64,000 nt of DNA from an uncultured Nitrososphaeraceae archaeon (GCA_963837175.1 CAWIMJ010000057.1:32001-96000), one strand, 5' to 3'; shown: positions 20,920 through 32,416, numbered from the stretch's first letter. Notes: a model not told the origin generated them from the sequence alone. Numbers and translations are program-made.

Positions 20920-21935
20920 GTAGGTAAAGTTGCTGTTGTATGAAAAAATACGTATATGCATCTATGGAGATATTTATACTACTAATACTTATCAACGATT
21001 TTTATAACGTGTTTGGCAGTAATTCAATGAAGTGTGATGAAAGATATTTTCTCCATTTAACGATGGTTAAAAAGTGTAATAATCAGTTTTCAAAAAGTAT
21101 TGATAGTGGAATGGTTAATAGCTTACTAAATAATAGCGGTGAGTGACGAAAATACTATTGTCGTTTATAAAGTATAGACTTATACGAATTAGAAGGATAA
21201 CAAAAAACAGAATTTATTTAATCATAAAGTATATTTTGTTTTTATATATCAAGTTCAAAATAAGGTTTGGTTGGTATTAGGAATAAATTATTATTTTTTT
21301 TAATAGATTATAGATAAACAAATAATGATATCAACTATCTATCCAGCTTGGGAAGGAGTGAAAACAGGTATAACCAATACAAGTATAAAATCAGCTAACT
21401 TAAAAAGACTATATTATCCAGCTCTTTCATACAATCAAGAATTTCCATATAAACGAGCCAAAAAATGAAGATCACAAAAAACTGCTTATAAGCGTATAAA
21501 CGTTGCCTAAAAAGACCCACCTTCACTGGTATTCAGTTTCCCATTTATAATCGAGGGTGGAACAAGGTTGTAATCTAGGACAGTTATAGCTTCTAGTAGT
21601 AGCACAGGGTCGCAAACTCCTTTAAGTCGTTGGACAGTTAAAAAAGTTGTCAATATAAAGTAATTCAAATTAACACACAAATAAAAGAAAACCTTTTTGC
21701 AGACTGATCTGGAATTACGACAACCGCACCTTTGATAATATTGAAATCGGTTCTAGTGTGACAGCATTGGTGCTACTGCTGCGTTGTACACATCTAATAA
21801 GCTCTTTTTAGATAACCTCCTTAAGTCAATGCTCATATGATAAATTTTTAATGGAGTTTCACTCAAAATTCTCTCAAAAGAAATGTATCATTACAATAGC
21901 AGTTTCAAATTGGATTCGTTCAACATTACTCTTTA

Positions 21936-23072
21936 TTAGTAACCTGTAAACTCCTCAACTTTGATTCTTTCCTTTGGAATTTCTAAATCGTCTTCGAGCA
22001 AAGCTTGCATAGCTTTTAGCATGCTAGGAGGACCACAAATATAGAATATAGAATTATTCAATTCGTTAGTATCTACGTACTTCAAAATCATTGCTTTGTT
22101 TATTCTCCCATATTCTCCATTCCAATCATTCGTAGTAGATGAAGATTGTTCATGTCGTTCTTCTTCACCATCTTCACTAATAGTATAGATAATCTTGAGA
22201 TTTTTATTAAGATTCGACCAGTCATCAAACTCCTTTTTGAATAAGATGTTGCTACGGTTCCTGTTGGAATCAAACATTACTATTTTTACTGGCAGCCTCT
22301 TATCTGTAGCATACTTTATCATAGTTCTAAATGGAGTAACACCTATGCCACCAGAAAGAAATACAGCAGGCTTTGAATAATCTTGATGTAATACAAACTG
22401 TCCTTCAGGACCTCGTACCTTAACTTTTGTACCTTTCTCTAAAGTTGAAAGTCTCCTTTTGTATGGTGTATCTCTGATTCGAGTGCTGAACATTATAAAA
22501 TTCTCAGTTGGAGAAGATGAAATAGTAAAATGTCTGATCGGTCCTTTAGGATCATTATAGACTCCTCCTATGTCAAAAAAAGCGAATTGCCCTGCAGTAT
22601 GATCTAATGGTGATTTGTCTTCTTCTTCTCCTTTATGATTATTTGGCTTACTAAACTTAAATGACGTTACATCAGTATCTTCAACTTTATCTTTTTCTAC
22701 CAGTATGACTTCGAACTGGGAAGAGGATTTATTTTTACTTTCTCCCTTCTTAATTAGTATGTTATTGCCATCTACTTTTACCTCATAGGCTGGTTCTGGT
22801 TCACTTGCAGGAGGGTTTCTCACCTCTCCTGTTCTTACATCAAATTTGGATCCATGCCAGGGACATTCAACTTCATAGCCCTCAAGAGTGCCATCAGCTA
22901 GAGGACCACCTTCATGCGTGCAAATACTGCCAATAGCGTAGTATTTTCCCTCTATATTTACTACACAGATATTTTCACCATCAACTTGAACTTCTTTCAT
23001 ATGCGACGGCTGAATATCCTTTGTATCGGCAACCTTAACAAAATCCTCACTCAATATGAAGACCATTTTCAT
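21936..23072 (-). CDS. Rieske [2Fe-2S] ferredoxin fused to FNR-type FAD/NAD(P)H oxidoreductase
   Basis: CTHEG...ECPWHGSKFD Rieske motif; RHFTISS, GGIGVTPF, YICGPP, EEFTGY FNR motifs. Confidence 0.92.
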   Translation of the reverse strand: MKMVFILSEDFVKVADTKDIQPSHMKEVQVDGENICVVNIEGKYYAIGSICTHEGGPLADGTLEGYEVECPWHGSKFDVRTGEVRNPPASEPEPAYEVKVDGNNILIKKGESKNKSSSQFEVILVEKDKVEDTDVTSFKFSKPNNHKGEEEDKSPLDHTAGQFAFFDIGGVYNDPKGPIRHFTISSSPTENFIMFSTRIRDTPYKRRLSTLEKGTKVKVRGPEGQFVLHQDYSKPAVFLSGGIGVTPFRTMIKYATDKRLPVKIVMFDSNRNRSNILFKKEFDDWSNLNKNLKIIYTISEDGEEERHEQSSSTTNDWNGEYGRINKAMILKYVDTNELNNSIFYICGPPSMLKAMQALLEDDLEIPKERIKVEEFTGY

Positions 23073-23167
23073 TTTAGAATCCGAACCCTATATGCCTTTC
23101 TATTTGATTCTCATATATCTTAAGAAATAATATATTTCTTATAACTAACTTGATAATAACATTCTAT

Positions 23168-23317
23168 TTAGCCTACTCCTGCAGGTCGTTGACTTTCCTG
23201 ACTATGATCCATTTTCTTATGAGAATTTAATGTTTCAACACTATCAAAAACTCTACCACAGAAACTACATCGATATTCCTTAGGAGGAGGACGTTTGGAA
23301 GTTGAAGCTGTAGCCAT
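23168..23317 (-). CDS. 49-aa C2H2 zinc-finger microprotein (below ORF-track cutoff)
   Basis: Hand translation MATASTSKRPPPKEYRCSFCGRVFDSVETLNSHKKMDHSQESQRPAGVG*; C-x2-C-x12-H-x4-H. Confidence 0.8.
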   Translation of the reverse strand: MATASTSKRPPPKEYRCSFCGRVFDSVETLNSHKKMDHSQESQRPAGVG

Positions 23318-24701
23318 CACTCATCATCGTATTTAATATGGACAAACATGTAATTAACACTTAGCATACCAATAGAAGAACTCTGACTACAAAAAGAGAT
23401 AAAGTAGAAAATCCGAAGGTTATCGCAAATTTTCAGAAAATGGTCTAACGATTTTATGCTTTATTTTTATTCTCTGTCAGTTAAAATACATATAACAGGT
23501 AAACAAGAATTTTGATATGTTAATATGTTAGATGATTAAAAAATACTACATGCAGTTCGTAGAGAGTTATTTGATAAGATTAAGAATGGATCTACCAAAG
23601 CCTAAGCAAAGATAAAGATTTAGCAGTAATATTTATCCCTGTCAATCACTTTGCCAAAAAACCTATTATTATTTCAAAATCATTTTGGCAGTTGGCCAAA
23701 AGTTAATTGCATCAGAATTTGCTCTTCTACATCATTCTATAATAGCATTCGCTATTCAAATTACTACCAAATAATCGTACCTAAGAAAAGGAGGCCAACC
23801 AAAAACTTTAATTTTTCATGCAACTAAGGCTTAAGTTTTGAATGTTAATGCCTTATTTCCTTTCAAAGATGGTGAGAATAATAGTGAAGTATTACATTGC
23901 ATATTCTTTTCTTGTTTTTAATGTCCATATTTTTATTAGTAGTTCTTTTTATGAGGAACAATATATATCTTATAAATTAATAAAATATTGTCAACATAAA
24001 TTTTTTACTATTAACTTATGTTATACCAATACACAATATAGACTAATTATTTAACATAACCAATTTAAGATAATTATTGGTCTTAGTATAAGGTTTTAGA
24101 ATCATATATAGTATTTGCAGCTCTCAACAATATGACATTATATCACTATATCTTATTAACAGAGGTCTTTAGACTTAGTCTTTGAAATTGTTAGAAGATC
24201 TGCAATATGGAATAAAAATGGTAAAATAAAATTTAAAAAAAATTACATCACCTAAATATAATATCAATGAATTTGTTAATAAAAATAAATCGTTATTATA
24301 TATTGGTAAATCAAAGCTCTACTTAGATTTCTTTCTTGGATATTATAAGTTATTATTGATCGCTAATCTAAGTGAAAGGATTATGTATGTTTCATTAATC
24401 AAGAACAAAAGCAGATTCTATGTATGTAAGTTACATTCTCACTACTATAACAATAATAATAATAATATGGCAATTTCTTTACTCTTAACATTAATTTGAG
24501 GATCGGAATACCAAAACTGTAAAGTATTTTATTATTAACAAAAAGTGCGGATCAATTGAATCAAATGTTACTTGACTATTCTAAACCGCTCTTCTGTTGT
24601 AGAAATTTATTATTCAAATATATAAAAATATATAGCATAAATAACTATCCACCTATTTTTTATATTTATCACTTTATTATATAGTACTAATTTATTATTA
24701 T

Positions 24702-25031
24702 GTGGTAGACTTTGTGTTCCCAAAACAGGAAGAACTTAAAAAAATAGGCGATAAGGAAAGATTAAATGTATTTAGACGTTACTTTGCTGCCAGTCGTTAC
24801 AATCGATTAATAATTCAACAAAATTTAATTAGAACTGCATTCGATAGATCGCTGATTTCTAGAGTCAATAAACTAGAAAGAGCTTATAACAAAAATTTTC
24901 TTGAAATGGTCAAAACCGTAAGATCATATGGATATTTAGAGGAATTCTTAGCTGCAGTAAGGGAAGAAGATGAAGCACTCAAAAAGATAATTGAAGCATA
25001 TGAGAAGAGGATGAGCCAATCACTCAAGTAA
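24702..25031 (+). CDS. Hypothetical alpha-helical protein
   Basis: 109-aa ORF with protein-like composition in AT-rich flanks; TATA-like element upstream. Confidence 0.7.
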   Translation: MVDFVFPKQEELKKIGDKERLNVFRRYFAASRYNRLIIQQNLIRTAFDRSLISRVNKLERAYNKNFLEMVKTVRSYGYLEEFLAAVREEDEALKKIIEAYEKRMSQSLK

Positions 25032-25750
25032 GGTATTTATGAATTTACTTATTCTCTAATATACCTTTTTACGATGAATAGCAGCAAAACCGGTGAATAT
25101 AATTTATTGATTTGATGGTGACATCTATTGACATTAAAATAACTTTATTCTAACGAGAAATTATGTTTTACTTTTAAGCGACGTTAGAAAAAGAGTCAGT
25201 TCCGGGAAGCGGGGGAGAAATTATCTTCTAAATAATACATCTTGTTATTTATTAATATCTAATGTTCATTTATGTTTTTTAAATATTAAATAACTAGATA
25301 AATAAAGGATATATTCATAGTTCAATAAAGAATTTCTTCAACAAGATGCGGAACATCTAAACTCTGTTAGTATATCGACGCATCTACTTAATTTAACCGC
25401 TCTTTACATTGATCAACTTTTGCATTTATTGCAGTAGATATGTGACAGATTCAGAACGTTGCTGTCCTTTTTTATTGGTCTATATTACAACCATGTATGA
25501 GGATCATTATTCTTTGTCTTTGCAATATTGCAAATTTTATTAAATTCTTTAAACCTGTTGTATAATATTGTTCATATACTTAATCCTAGCAAGTTTCTGA
25601 CGGCATAGAATATTGGATAGGCATAGAAATATTCCATTATGTATATGTGACTTTCCTTTTACTTCCTAAATACTATTATTTATCTTCAACGCCTTTTATT
25701 AACCGTGAGAGATTATGCGACAAAAGAATAATATCAAAAAATTGCATTGT

Positions 25751-26269
25751 TTATTGTGGCCGGTTCGTTGTTGATTCTTCCAACATTTTTGCAGCATTCA
25801 CAGATACTCTCGACATCTCACTTGTATTTTCCCTTGTATATTGCATAAACATTTTTGTTGTTTCAGTATTTGTAAACATCATATTATTTCCCATGCGAAT
25901 GGTCGCTATTGTGATATCTGACAAGCCGCTTACCAATCTTGCATATGTTTCTGTAATCCTTTTCGGTGACATCCAGAAATAATTATCAAAAAATGAACTC
26001 CATGCAGTTTGGAACGAATTGCTTATCTTTCTTTGTGATTCTAGGTAATTTTCTACCGAATCTCTAGCTGCAAGGACAGCCTGTTCTTGATTATCGGTAA
26101 CTATCTGCATATATCTAGGCAGCCCTCTATGTGTTTCATCTACTGCATTCCTAACATTCTTCTTTGCATCATCGAAAGTTTTATTGATTATTCTTTTTGT
26201 TGTGTTGTTATCGTATGTAGAGTTGTTTTTAATATTATCCTCTTCATTAAATCCTGCAGACATAAACAT
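25751..26269 (-). CDS. Hypothetical amphipathic helical protein (phasin-like composition)
   Basis: 172 aa, A/Q/N/T/S-rich helices, no Cys; ENYLESQRKI...AWSSFF...WMSPKR. Confidence 0.7.
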   Translation of the reverse strand: MFMSAGFNEEDNIKNNSTYDNNTTKRIINKTFDDAKKNVRNAVDETHRGLPRYMQIVTDNQEQAVLAARDSVENYLESQRKISNSFQTAWSSFFDNYFWMSPKRITETYARLVSGLSDITIATIRMGNNMMFTNTETTKMFMQYTRENTSEMSRVSVNAAKMLEESTTNRPQ

Positions 26270-26469
26270 CTTAGGCGAACATTACAGTTAAACGTTATTC
26301 TTAAATTGGTATTATGAATAATAAAGATATAATAAAGATTTGTTCTTGTCTTTATTATGCTATTATGGGAACGATATATACCAATGTTGTTTACTAGAGG
26401 TTGTTAACAAACGCAAACTAGCTCAAATTATAAGCTACTCCTTTCCAGAATTTTCTAGCAAAAATTACT

Positions 26470-26990
26470 GCATCGTATTTATCCAAAAGATCCTTTATCC
26501 AGGATCTGTTAACTTAAGGAAAAGTCTATAGCTAAAGACATCGTATTCTTTCTTTCTCTTGTTATCTAAAACAAGAAATAGGACATCATTTGAAGATATC
26601 GCTTATGGACTGTACTTATGCTTGTACCTTCTAGGTCTTCTTTGATTCATTTAGAAATGCATCAAGCATTATCTTCAAGAATTATAAAAAGAAACAAGTC
26701 ACATTTCAATATGGAAAGGGTTCAGCATTACAGACCAGAATGAACCTTATAATCAAAAACCCAACCTGTTGTGGAAAAATAACCAACTTGAGCATCCAAA
26801 TCTGAACATTTCTTTTCTTTATGAAACAAGAGTATACTTTCAATGATGTAGAATCGACAGCAATTATATTACCATCATAATGAACCATAGATTTTATCTT
26901 TAATATTAAAGTTCTAAATAGCTAATATCCATATGGTCACGATATGGATATAATATATTTATGGTTTGGATTATTTCCGACAGACTATAT
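26470..26990 (-). mobile_element. Decayed DDE transposase remnant (IS5/IS4-like)
   Basis: IIAVDST(S)LKVY then, after a frameshift, SDLDAQVGYFSTTGWVFDYKVH, resembling the DST...D-A-GY...GYKLH N2/N3 region; downstream IKDLL; stops and frameshifts; ends approximate. Confidence 0.65.
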
Positions 26991-27274
26991 ATATTAATAC
27001 TCTAAATGAAATTGCAATATGAGCCAAAGGTCAAACTTAGGCCAGGTAGATAACAGTTGTAAAGTAACTATTCTTACAGATATAATTGAATATTTATACT
27101 TGAAAGAGTGCGATATACTTACTATTGGTGGTTTAAAAGCAAATAATAAACTGATAATCTATAAAAATAAATGATTTTCGCTACACTATTCATTGTCGTT
27201 CGCAGCTATTGTGTTAGATTGACTCCAACTGAACTAAAATATAATAACATGGTTTTAATTCAAAGTACTCAGGA

Positions 27275-27688
27275 ATGGAACAATTCTTCCAGGAATTTTG
27301 TGACCTAGTGATCGAAGTCGATTCATCAATTAGGTTTATCGGTGTAGCCGATGGACACGGAAGCTTATTAGCCACATCAGAACGGAAAGGTTTGAAGCCT
27401 TTGTTGAACGAAGAAGAAACAAAACAATATGCAATCACTGCTGCAACCCGTCAATATACAAGGATTAGATGGCAGCCACTTTTAGGTAAAATTGATTATA
27501 CTTGCTCTCATTATGATAAACTGCTTCGAGCAACTATTCCGCTTACTGACAAAGACAATCATCTTTTATATGTAATTATATTTACATTTGATGTTCAGAC
27601 GGACAATTTTCACCAAATTATAATGAAAAAGATAGTCCCATTGATCCGTAAAAATGAAAGTATTTTCCTTGGTGAGATTAGTAATTAA
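27275..27688 (+). CDS. Thaumarchaeal roadblock/profilin-like protein (DUF6659-type)
   Basis: IRFIGVAD..G...RKGLKPLL..EE...LGKIDY....YDKL.RATIPL. Confidence 0.75.
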   Translation: MEQFFQEFCDLVIEVDSSIRFIGVADGHGSLLATSERKGLKPLLNEEETKQYAITAATRQYTRIRWQPLLGKIDYTCSHYDKLLRATIPLTDKDNHLLYVIIFTFDVQTDNFHQIIMKKIVPLIRKNESIFLGEISN

Positions 27689-27991
27689 GATCTTTAGAAA
27701 TAAGAGTAAATATACATCAATAATCATTACGCTTCAGGAATCAGTAAACATCCTACTACAAACATTTAGACTTAAGGATTGCAGAAAGCTTATGTAATAA
27801 GAAAATCAGACGCCTGTTCCACCGCCTTTTTCCACTCTTGTACCCAACTTCCACTATGATTTTCCACTCGTTGCCGTTATTTCCCCCATCTCTTTCCACC
27901 TATTCCATTAGGAGTAAAAAGTAGAGCAATAAATGAAATAGACATAAGATATATATAGAATATTATTATAGTACACAACCATAGACAAATT

Positions 27992-28449
27992 ATGAAAAGT
28001 CACTCACGAGGTTAGATTCAAGTTAGCACATGAAGAATACCTGTATTTAGAAGGATTGGCGAAGTTCTATTATGATCATCGAATCATCTCAAGACCGACT
28101 GTTCATTCCCTAACTAAGTTTGCTACAATCAAAGCGAGCCAATGAATGGATACAACAGCAGTCGCTAGCCTTAGAGGCGAGAAAACAAAGACAGAAGACA
28201 ACATTCCCTTACACATTATAAAACATAATAGACTATCTTAAGCAACAATATCATCACAAACGACATCACCGATCGAGAATAATGCCTGTAGAATCAAAAA
28301 AACAGCAACTAGAAGTAGAGATTGAACACGAATAAGATCCCATAGATGTTTTTTACTCACCTGAAGAGGTAGAAGCGACAGTCAGGTTTATCAAAGGGGC
28401 CTTATCCAAAGAGCAGCAAGCTTCTATCTCGATTCTTTCTCGACTTTAA
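27992..28449 (+). pseudogene. Two small disrupted ORFs of unknown function
   Basis: 27992-28221 reads MKVTHEVRFKLAHEEYLYLEGLAKFYY...ANEWIQQQ...TL* only with two +1 corrections; 28282-28449 MPVESKKQQLEVEIEHE*DPIDVFY...SRL* has an in-frame TAA at 28333. Confidence 0.4.
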
Positions 28450-28853
28450 GTTATCATATACTACAACTAACAGATTTATTTCATGAATGTGTTGGCAAGT
28501 TTAGAATTGAAGATATTTTAAAATTATCCTCTGTAGGAGTGAATGCAGATTAATCCTCTAACAACCATTTATATATATTTATTATATCCAGTAGACCTTA
28601 TAACTATACCTATATTGTATCTATAATTATCTGCTTTAACTTATTTTGCTATTCTCGTTTCCTACAACTGTATACAGGCTGTAGACAATTAATGAAACGG
28701 TCTTGTGTCAATATAATCTTTCAGAGCCTAAGTAAATTCTCTGTTTAGCTTTTATTTAAGGCGAATTCAACATCGATTATGTTAGAACAAAATCATATTT
28801 TCATTTATCTATTATGGCTGATGATAAGTCAAATGTCATAGAATTTACCACTA

Positions 28854-29040
28854 TTATTCCCACCTTCCAAATCGCTTATTCAGATATTCAGATATTGCAA
28901 CTTTCTGATCCTCTATATCTTGGTAGAATCTATTAGCACATACATATGACGTTATTCTTTTGTTTAAATTTCTTTCATTTGGGTTTAAGTATGGAACCTT
29001 CTTTGGAAGATAAATTATGGTTAGCCATCTTTCTGGTTGT
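28854..29040 (-). mobile_element. IS630-family transposase C-terminal remnant
   Basis: IIYLPKKVPYLNPNE matches the IS630/Tc1 LPxYSPxLNPIE motif, followed by ANRFY..IED; N-terminus missing. Confidence 0.7.
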
Positions 29041-29425
29041 TGATATATTTTCGTACCGCCATACTCATATGGAATGAAGCTCTCCCCATCGCAACACTTG
29101 ATGACATGATCCGTAGTGGAATCAAAAAGAAGAAAGTGGAAATGCACAAGTCAAATGAGAGAGCTGTGACAGATTAGCTCTGGACCGAGATAGAGACATT
29201 GTAATAGATCTTGGCACAGATTCTTACTATGAGAAGAAGAGGGCTGGGTAAGGCGGGCGATATTACTAATAGGAGTACTAGGGATGGTGAAATAAAAGAG
29301 AGAGGAAAAGATAAGATAGAAAAATAGAATGGCTGAATGTTCCCATTCGCAGTAGTTGTAGTTACCATATCGGCTACTATATATTACTCGATCATAAACT
29401 AAAATAGACTAGACTTTCGGTTTTC

Positions 29426-30307
29426 TCATAATCCTATGTTGGTCTGCAGGTATGTCTCTGCATGTTCTAATATTTTTCTTTCATTCTCTGGCAACGGAGT
29501 ATTAGAAATCATTTCTTTAAATTGCAATGCGTTGACAACAGCCTTTCCGCCCCAATGGTTATTAAAATATGCACGGAGGACCTTAGTTTCTTTTCTTATT
29601 TTTGAGACTTTTTCAACCCAAGGTTTTAGTTCTTCTTTTGTATACAAATAATTATACCAATAATGTCCTTTAGTGTTTCTTCCATGAAATCTTATAAAAG
29701 AATGGTTTGCTGTAATAATGACGTCTGACAGAAAACGAAGATTCTCTATTGGTGGTGAATCTGTAATGACTCTTGCAATATTATAATGTTTTAGCATTTC
29801 CCAAGGTCCTTCAGTTTTCCATGATGGATGTCTGAATTCAACAGCATAGTCATAATTATTACTATTTGGCAATCGATCAAGAAATGCTTCTATATTTTTG
29901 AAATCATTAACATTAAAACTTGGAGGAAGTTGAATCAATATGGCACCCAATTTCTTTGCTGTCTTTAATGGTGATATTTTGTCAAGAAATTCTTCAAAAT
30001 CTGTGATAGCTCCTCTTCTTATATCTAATCTTTTTTCATGTGTAATCATTTCAGGTACTTTAACTGAAAATTGAAACTTATCTGGAGTTGCTCTGATCAT
30101 TCCAATAAACGTTCCCTTTGTCATATTGGAATAGAATTTGTGATAGAAGGTCGAGTCCATCTCTACAGTATCGAAGAATTGGGAGTAATACCGTAGCTTT
30201 TTAGTATTCGCGTCAGGATAGAATACTTCTGTCCATCCGCCTTTGTCAGGCGTATCAGCATAACTCCATCCCGAACACCCTAATAGGAAGTCTCTTTGTG
30301 ACGACAC
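29426..30307 (-). CDS. DUF72 (UPF0759) family protein
   Basis: GCSGWSY, VEMDSTFY, FSVKVP..ITH, LIQLPPSF, AVEFRH, IRFHGR, YFNNH. Confidence 0.92.
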   Translation of the reverse strand: MSSQRDFLLGCSGWSYADTPDKGGWTEVFYPDANTKKLRYYSQFFDTVEMDSTFYHKFYSNMTKGTFIGMIRATPDKFQFSVKVPEMITHEKRLDIRRGAITDFEEFLDKISPLKTAKKLGAILIQLPPSFNVNDFKNIEAFLDRLPNSNNYDYAVEFRHPSWKTEGPWEMLKHYNIARVITDSPPIENLRFLSDVIITANHSFIRFHGRNTKGHYWYNYLYTKEELKPWVEKVSKIRKETKVLRAYFNNHWGGKAVVNALQFKEMISNTPLPENERKILEHAETYLQTNIGL

Positions 30308-30599
30308 TCTACCATTTAATGTTCTCTTAATCTTTTATATCTTGATTGTATTGCAGCCATTATTTGATTAATAAGCAGCTTCTCTACTGCTGATGAATAT
30401 TAAAGTCATAAACAATCAATAATTCAGATGACAAGAAGTATTCATCTTTAATTGGATTATTGTATACATCTCAAATACTCTGTCATGTATTTTTAATTCT
30501 ATATCTATAGCTATCTATATATTCTAGAAATCTCTCATTATTTCTATACGCTTCTATCCTTTACTGTCACTTCATACGTGAGAAAAGGATATAATATAC

Positions 30600-30832
30600 C
30601 ATAAGTTAGAATAGAAATTATTTTAGCAAGTACTTCGATTACGAATCAAGTGATCCAGAGAATAGGAAGAGTCATAAGAAAATATGAAGGTAAAGAATTA
30701 GCCTCAATTTATGTAGTTTATGTTTCCGAGACCAAGGACAATAATCTAGTAGCTTTGATAAATAAGGGAGTAGATATAAATCAAGAAGAAGAGAAAGGTC
30801 AAGAAATAGGTGGAGCATATTCTAGTTTGTAG
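30600..30832 (+). pseudogene. C-terminal fragment of an XPB/Rad25-like SF2 helicase
   Basis: IEIILAST...NQVIQRIGRVIRK (motif VI QRxGRxxR); no upstream helicase core. Confidence 0.6.
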
Positions 30833-30958
30833 AATCATGCGATAATATTTCTTCCATTCTGATATATTACTCCTTATATATTATTAACAATGTTTGTAAA
30901 ATATTCAGACCAATTCTACAATTCCGTAATTTTCGTTGTTAGCCAAGGTGAATCATAT

Positions 30959-32182
30959 CTAATTAGCATTATCATTATTCTCATCATTATTACTAAAGAA
31001 TGCCGTTATTCTCATTTGTTCTTTCCTATTTCTGTAGATTTTACTATTTCTGATCCATTCATTTTTATGTACCGATAAATCCATACATGCAAAGGATAGT
31101 GCTTTTTCGAAACTCTCAAAATGTTTTTTTTGACCCTTAAACGCTTCTCTGATTCCTTCTCTTATCTGCCATACTCCTACTGGCATAACATATTCTGGAT
31201 GAATTTCTCTTAGAACTAATGCCGCTGCTTTTCGTTCTACTCTTGACAAGTGTTCGGCTACGCCTAATCTGGCAGCAAAATATGCTCCTGCTATGGAAGG
31301 ATAATGATCCAAACCTTTGGCATTTTCAAAATCTACTCCTCTTCCCAAATTTCCATTGTTGTCAAACCATGCTTCTTGCATTTCGAAGCTCCATACATCA
31401 TCAGGAATTAATATAATACTGTAATAATTACCCAAATGAAAATATTTGTAAAGTTCAAAGAAATCTATTGTTGGATAGATATCTATGTCTTTTATCAAAG
31501 AGGCAGAAATAATGTCATCCGTAGCTGAGATGCTCCATCTAGTGGGCACCAGCCTTCTTCTTTTTTGTAATCCTAACATTCCTAAACTAAGAACACGATG
31601 AATCCTGCTAATTTCAAGTCCTTTTTTGTAAAGCTCCACTACCGCTTCAGATGCACGCAAATCCTTATCATAATAAGCATTTTCCAATCTTTGATCTACT
31701 GAAAGGAAAGAGGAAGTTTTGAAAGTCTTTAAAGGTGCAACTGGGCCAAATGGAGCAGATTCAGTATCAAGACCTATATCATTTTCATGCTCTATTTCTG
31801 CGATAGGTATTTTTTCGAATGTTGCTTCACTTTCAACTGATTTTAAAGCTATTGCCAATTCCTGTAAAGATTCTATGTACTTTCCAGATGTCGTATGGAT
31901 ATCGATATCAGATACTCCTCTAACAAGCGACATGCGATAGTTAACAATTTCTTCAATACTTTTACCAAGCCATATCTCTGGCCTATCTAATATTGTAGTA
32001 TCACCATGGAATGGCGGTACCATTGGTCCGACCTTTACTTTAGGGTAGCCATATCGTCCAACAAAAACTGAAGGTGGTGTCGCGCCAGCAAATGTTTTCA
32101 ACGATAATTTGGCAGAATTTGCGTTAAGGAACTGAATCCAATTTTGTTCTAGCTGCTTCTTGATTTCATTAGCTGTTGGCAC
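30959..32182 (-). CDS. nreA: NreA-family PCNA-interacting DNA repair protein
   Basis: PPSVFVGRYGYPKV, LVPTRWSISATD, GAYFAARL, PVGVWQIRE; C-terminal PIP box QMRITAFF. Confidence 0.9.
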   Translation of the reverse strand: MPTANEIKKQLEQNWIQFLNANSAKLSLKTFAGATPPSVFVGRYGYPKVKVGPMVPPFHGDTTILDRPEIWLGKSIEEIVNYRMSLVRGVSDIDIHTTSGKYIESLQELAIALKSVESEATFEKIPIAEIEHENDIGLDTESAPFGPVAPLKTFKTSSFLSVDQRLENAYYDKDLRASEAVVELYKKGLEISRIHRVLSLGMLGLQKRRRLVPTRWSISATDDIISASLIKDIDIYPTIDFFELYKYFHLGNYYSIILIPDDVWSFEMQEAWFDNNGNLGRGVDFENAKGLDHYPSIAGAYFAARLGVAEHLSRVERKAAALVLREIHPEYVMPVGVWQIREGIREAFKGQKKHFESFEKALSFACMDLSVHKNEWIRNSKIYRNRKEQMRITAFFSNNDENNDNAN

Positions 32183-32304
32183 AGCTTATATCTTGTTGTG
32201 TTTCAATTTAGAATTATTTGAATATATATGTATAAGTTAACGTTCAAAATGAGTAATAAGCTTAAAGTATGTAATTTATTGATATATAATAGTTCTGTAC
32301 TATA

Positions 32305-32416
32305 GCACCGCTCATCTGGTCGAGATCTTCCAAATTGAGTGCGTGACTAATCAAAGTTTAAAGTCTACAGACTTTTACTAATTTTATTGATACCTTGTCG
32401 TCACATCGGGAGATCT
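32305..32416 (+). ncRNA. Candidate structured RNA / 5' leader upstream of ABC permease
   Basis: Nested stems 32323-31/32408-16, 32343-47/32400-04, 32350-54/32387-91, 32360-65/32370-75; possible pseudoknot 32309-14/32336-41. Confidence 0.4.

Noticed and set aside
20940-21900. ORF 20940-21146 and coding-like fragments at 21500-21800
   Set aside because: No family motif recognisable; multiple stops
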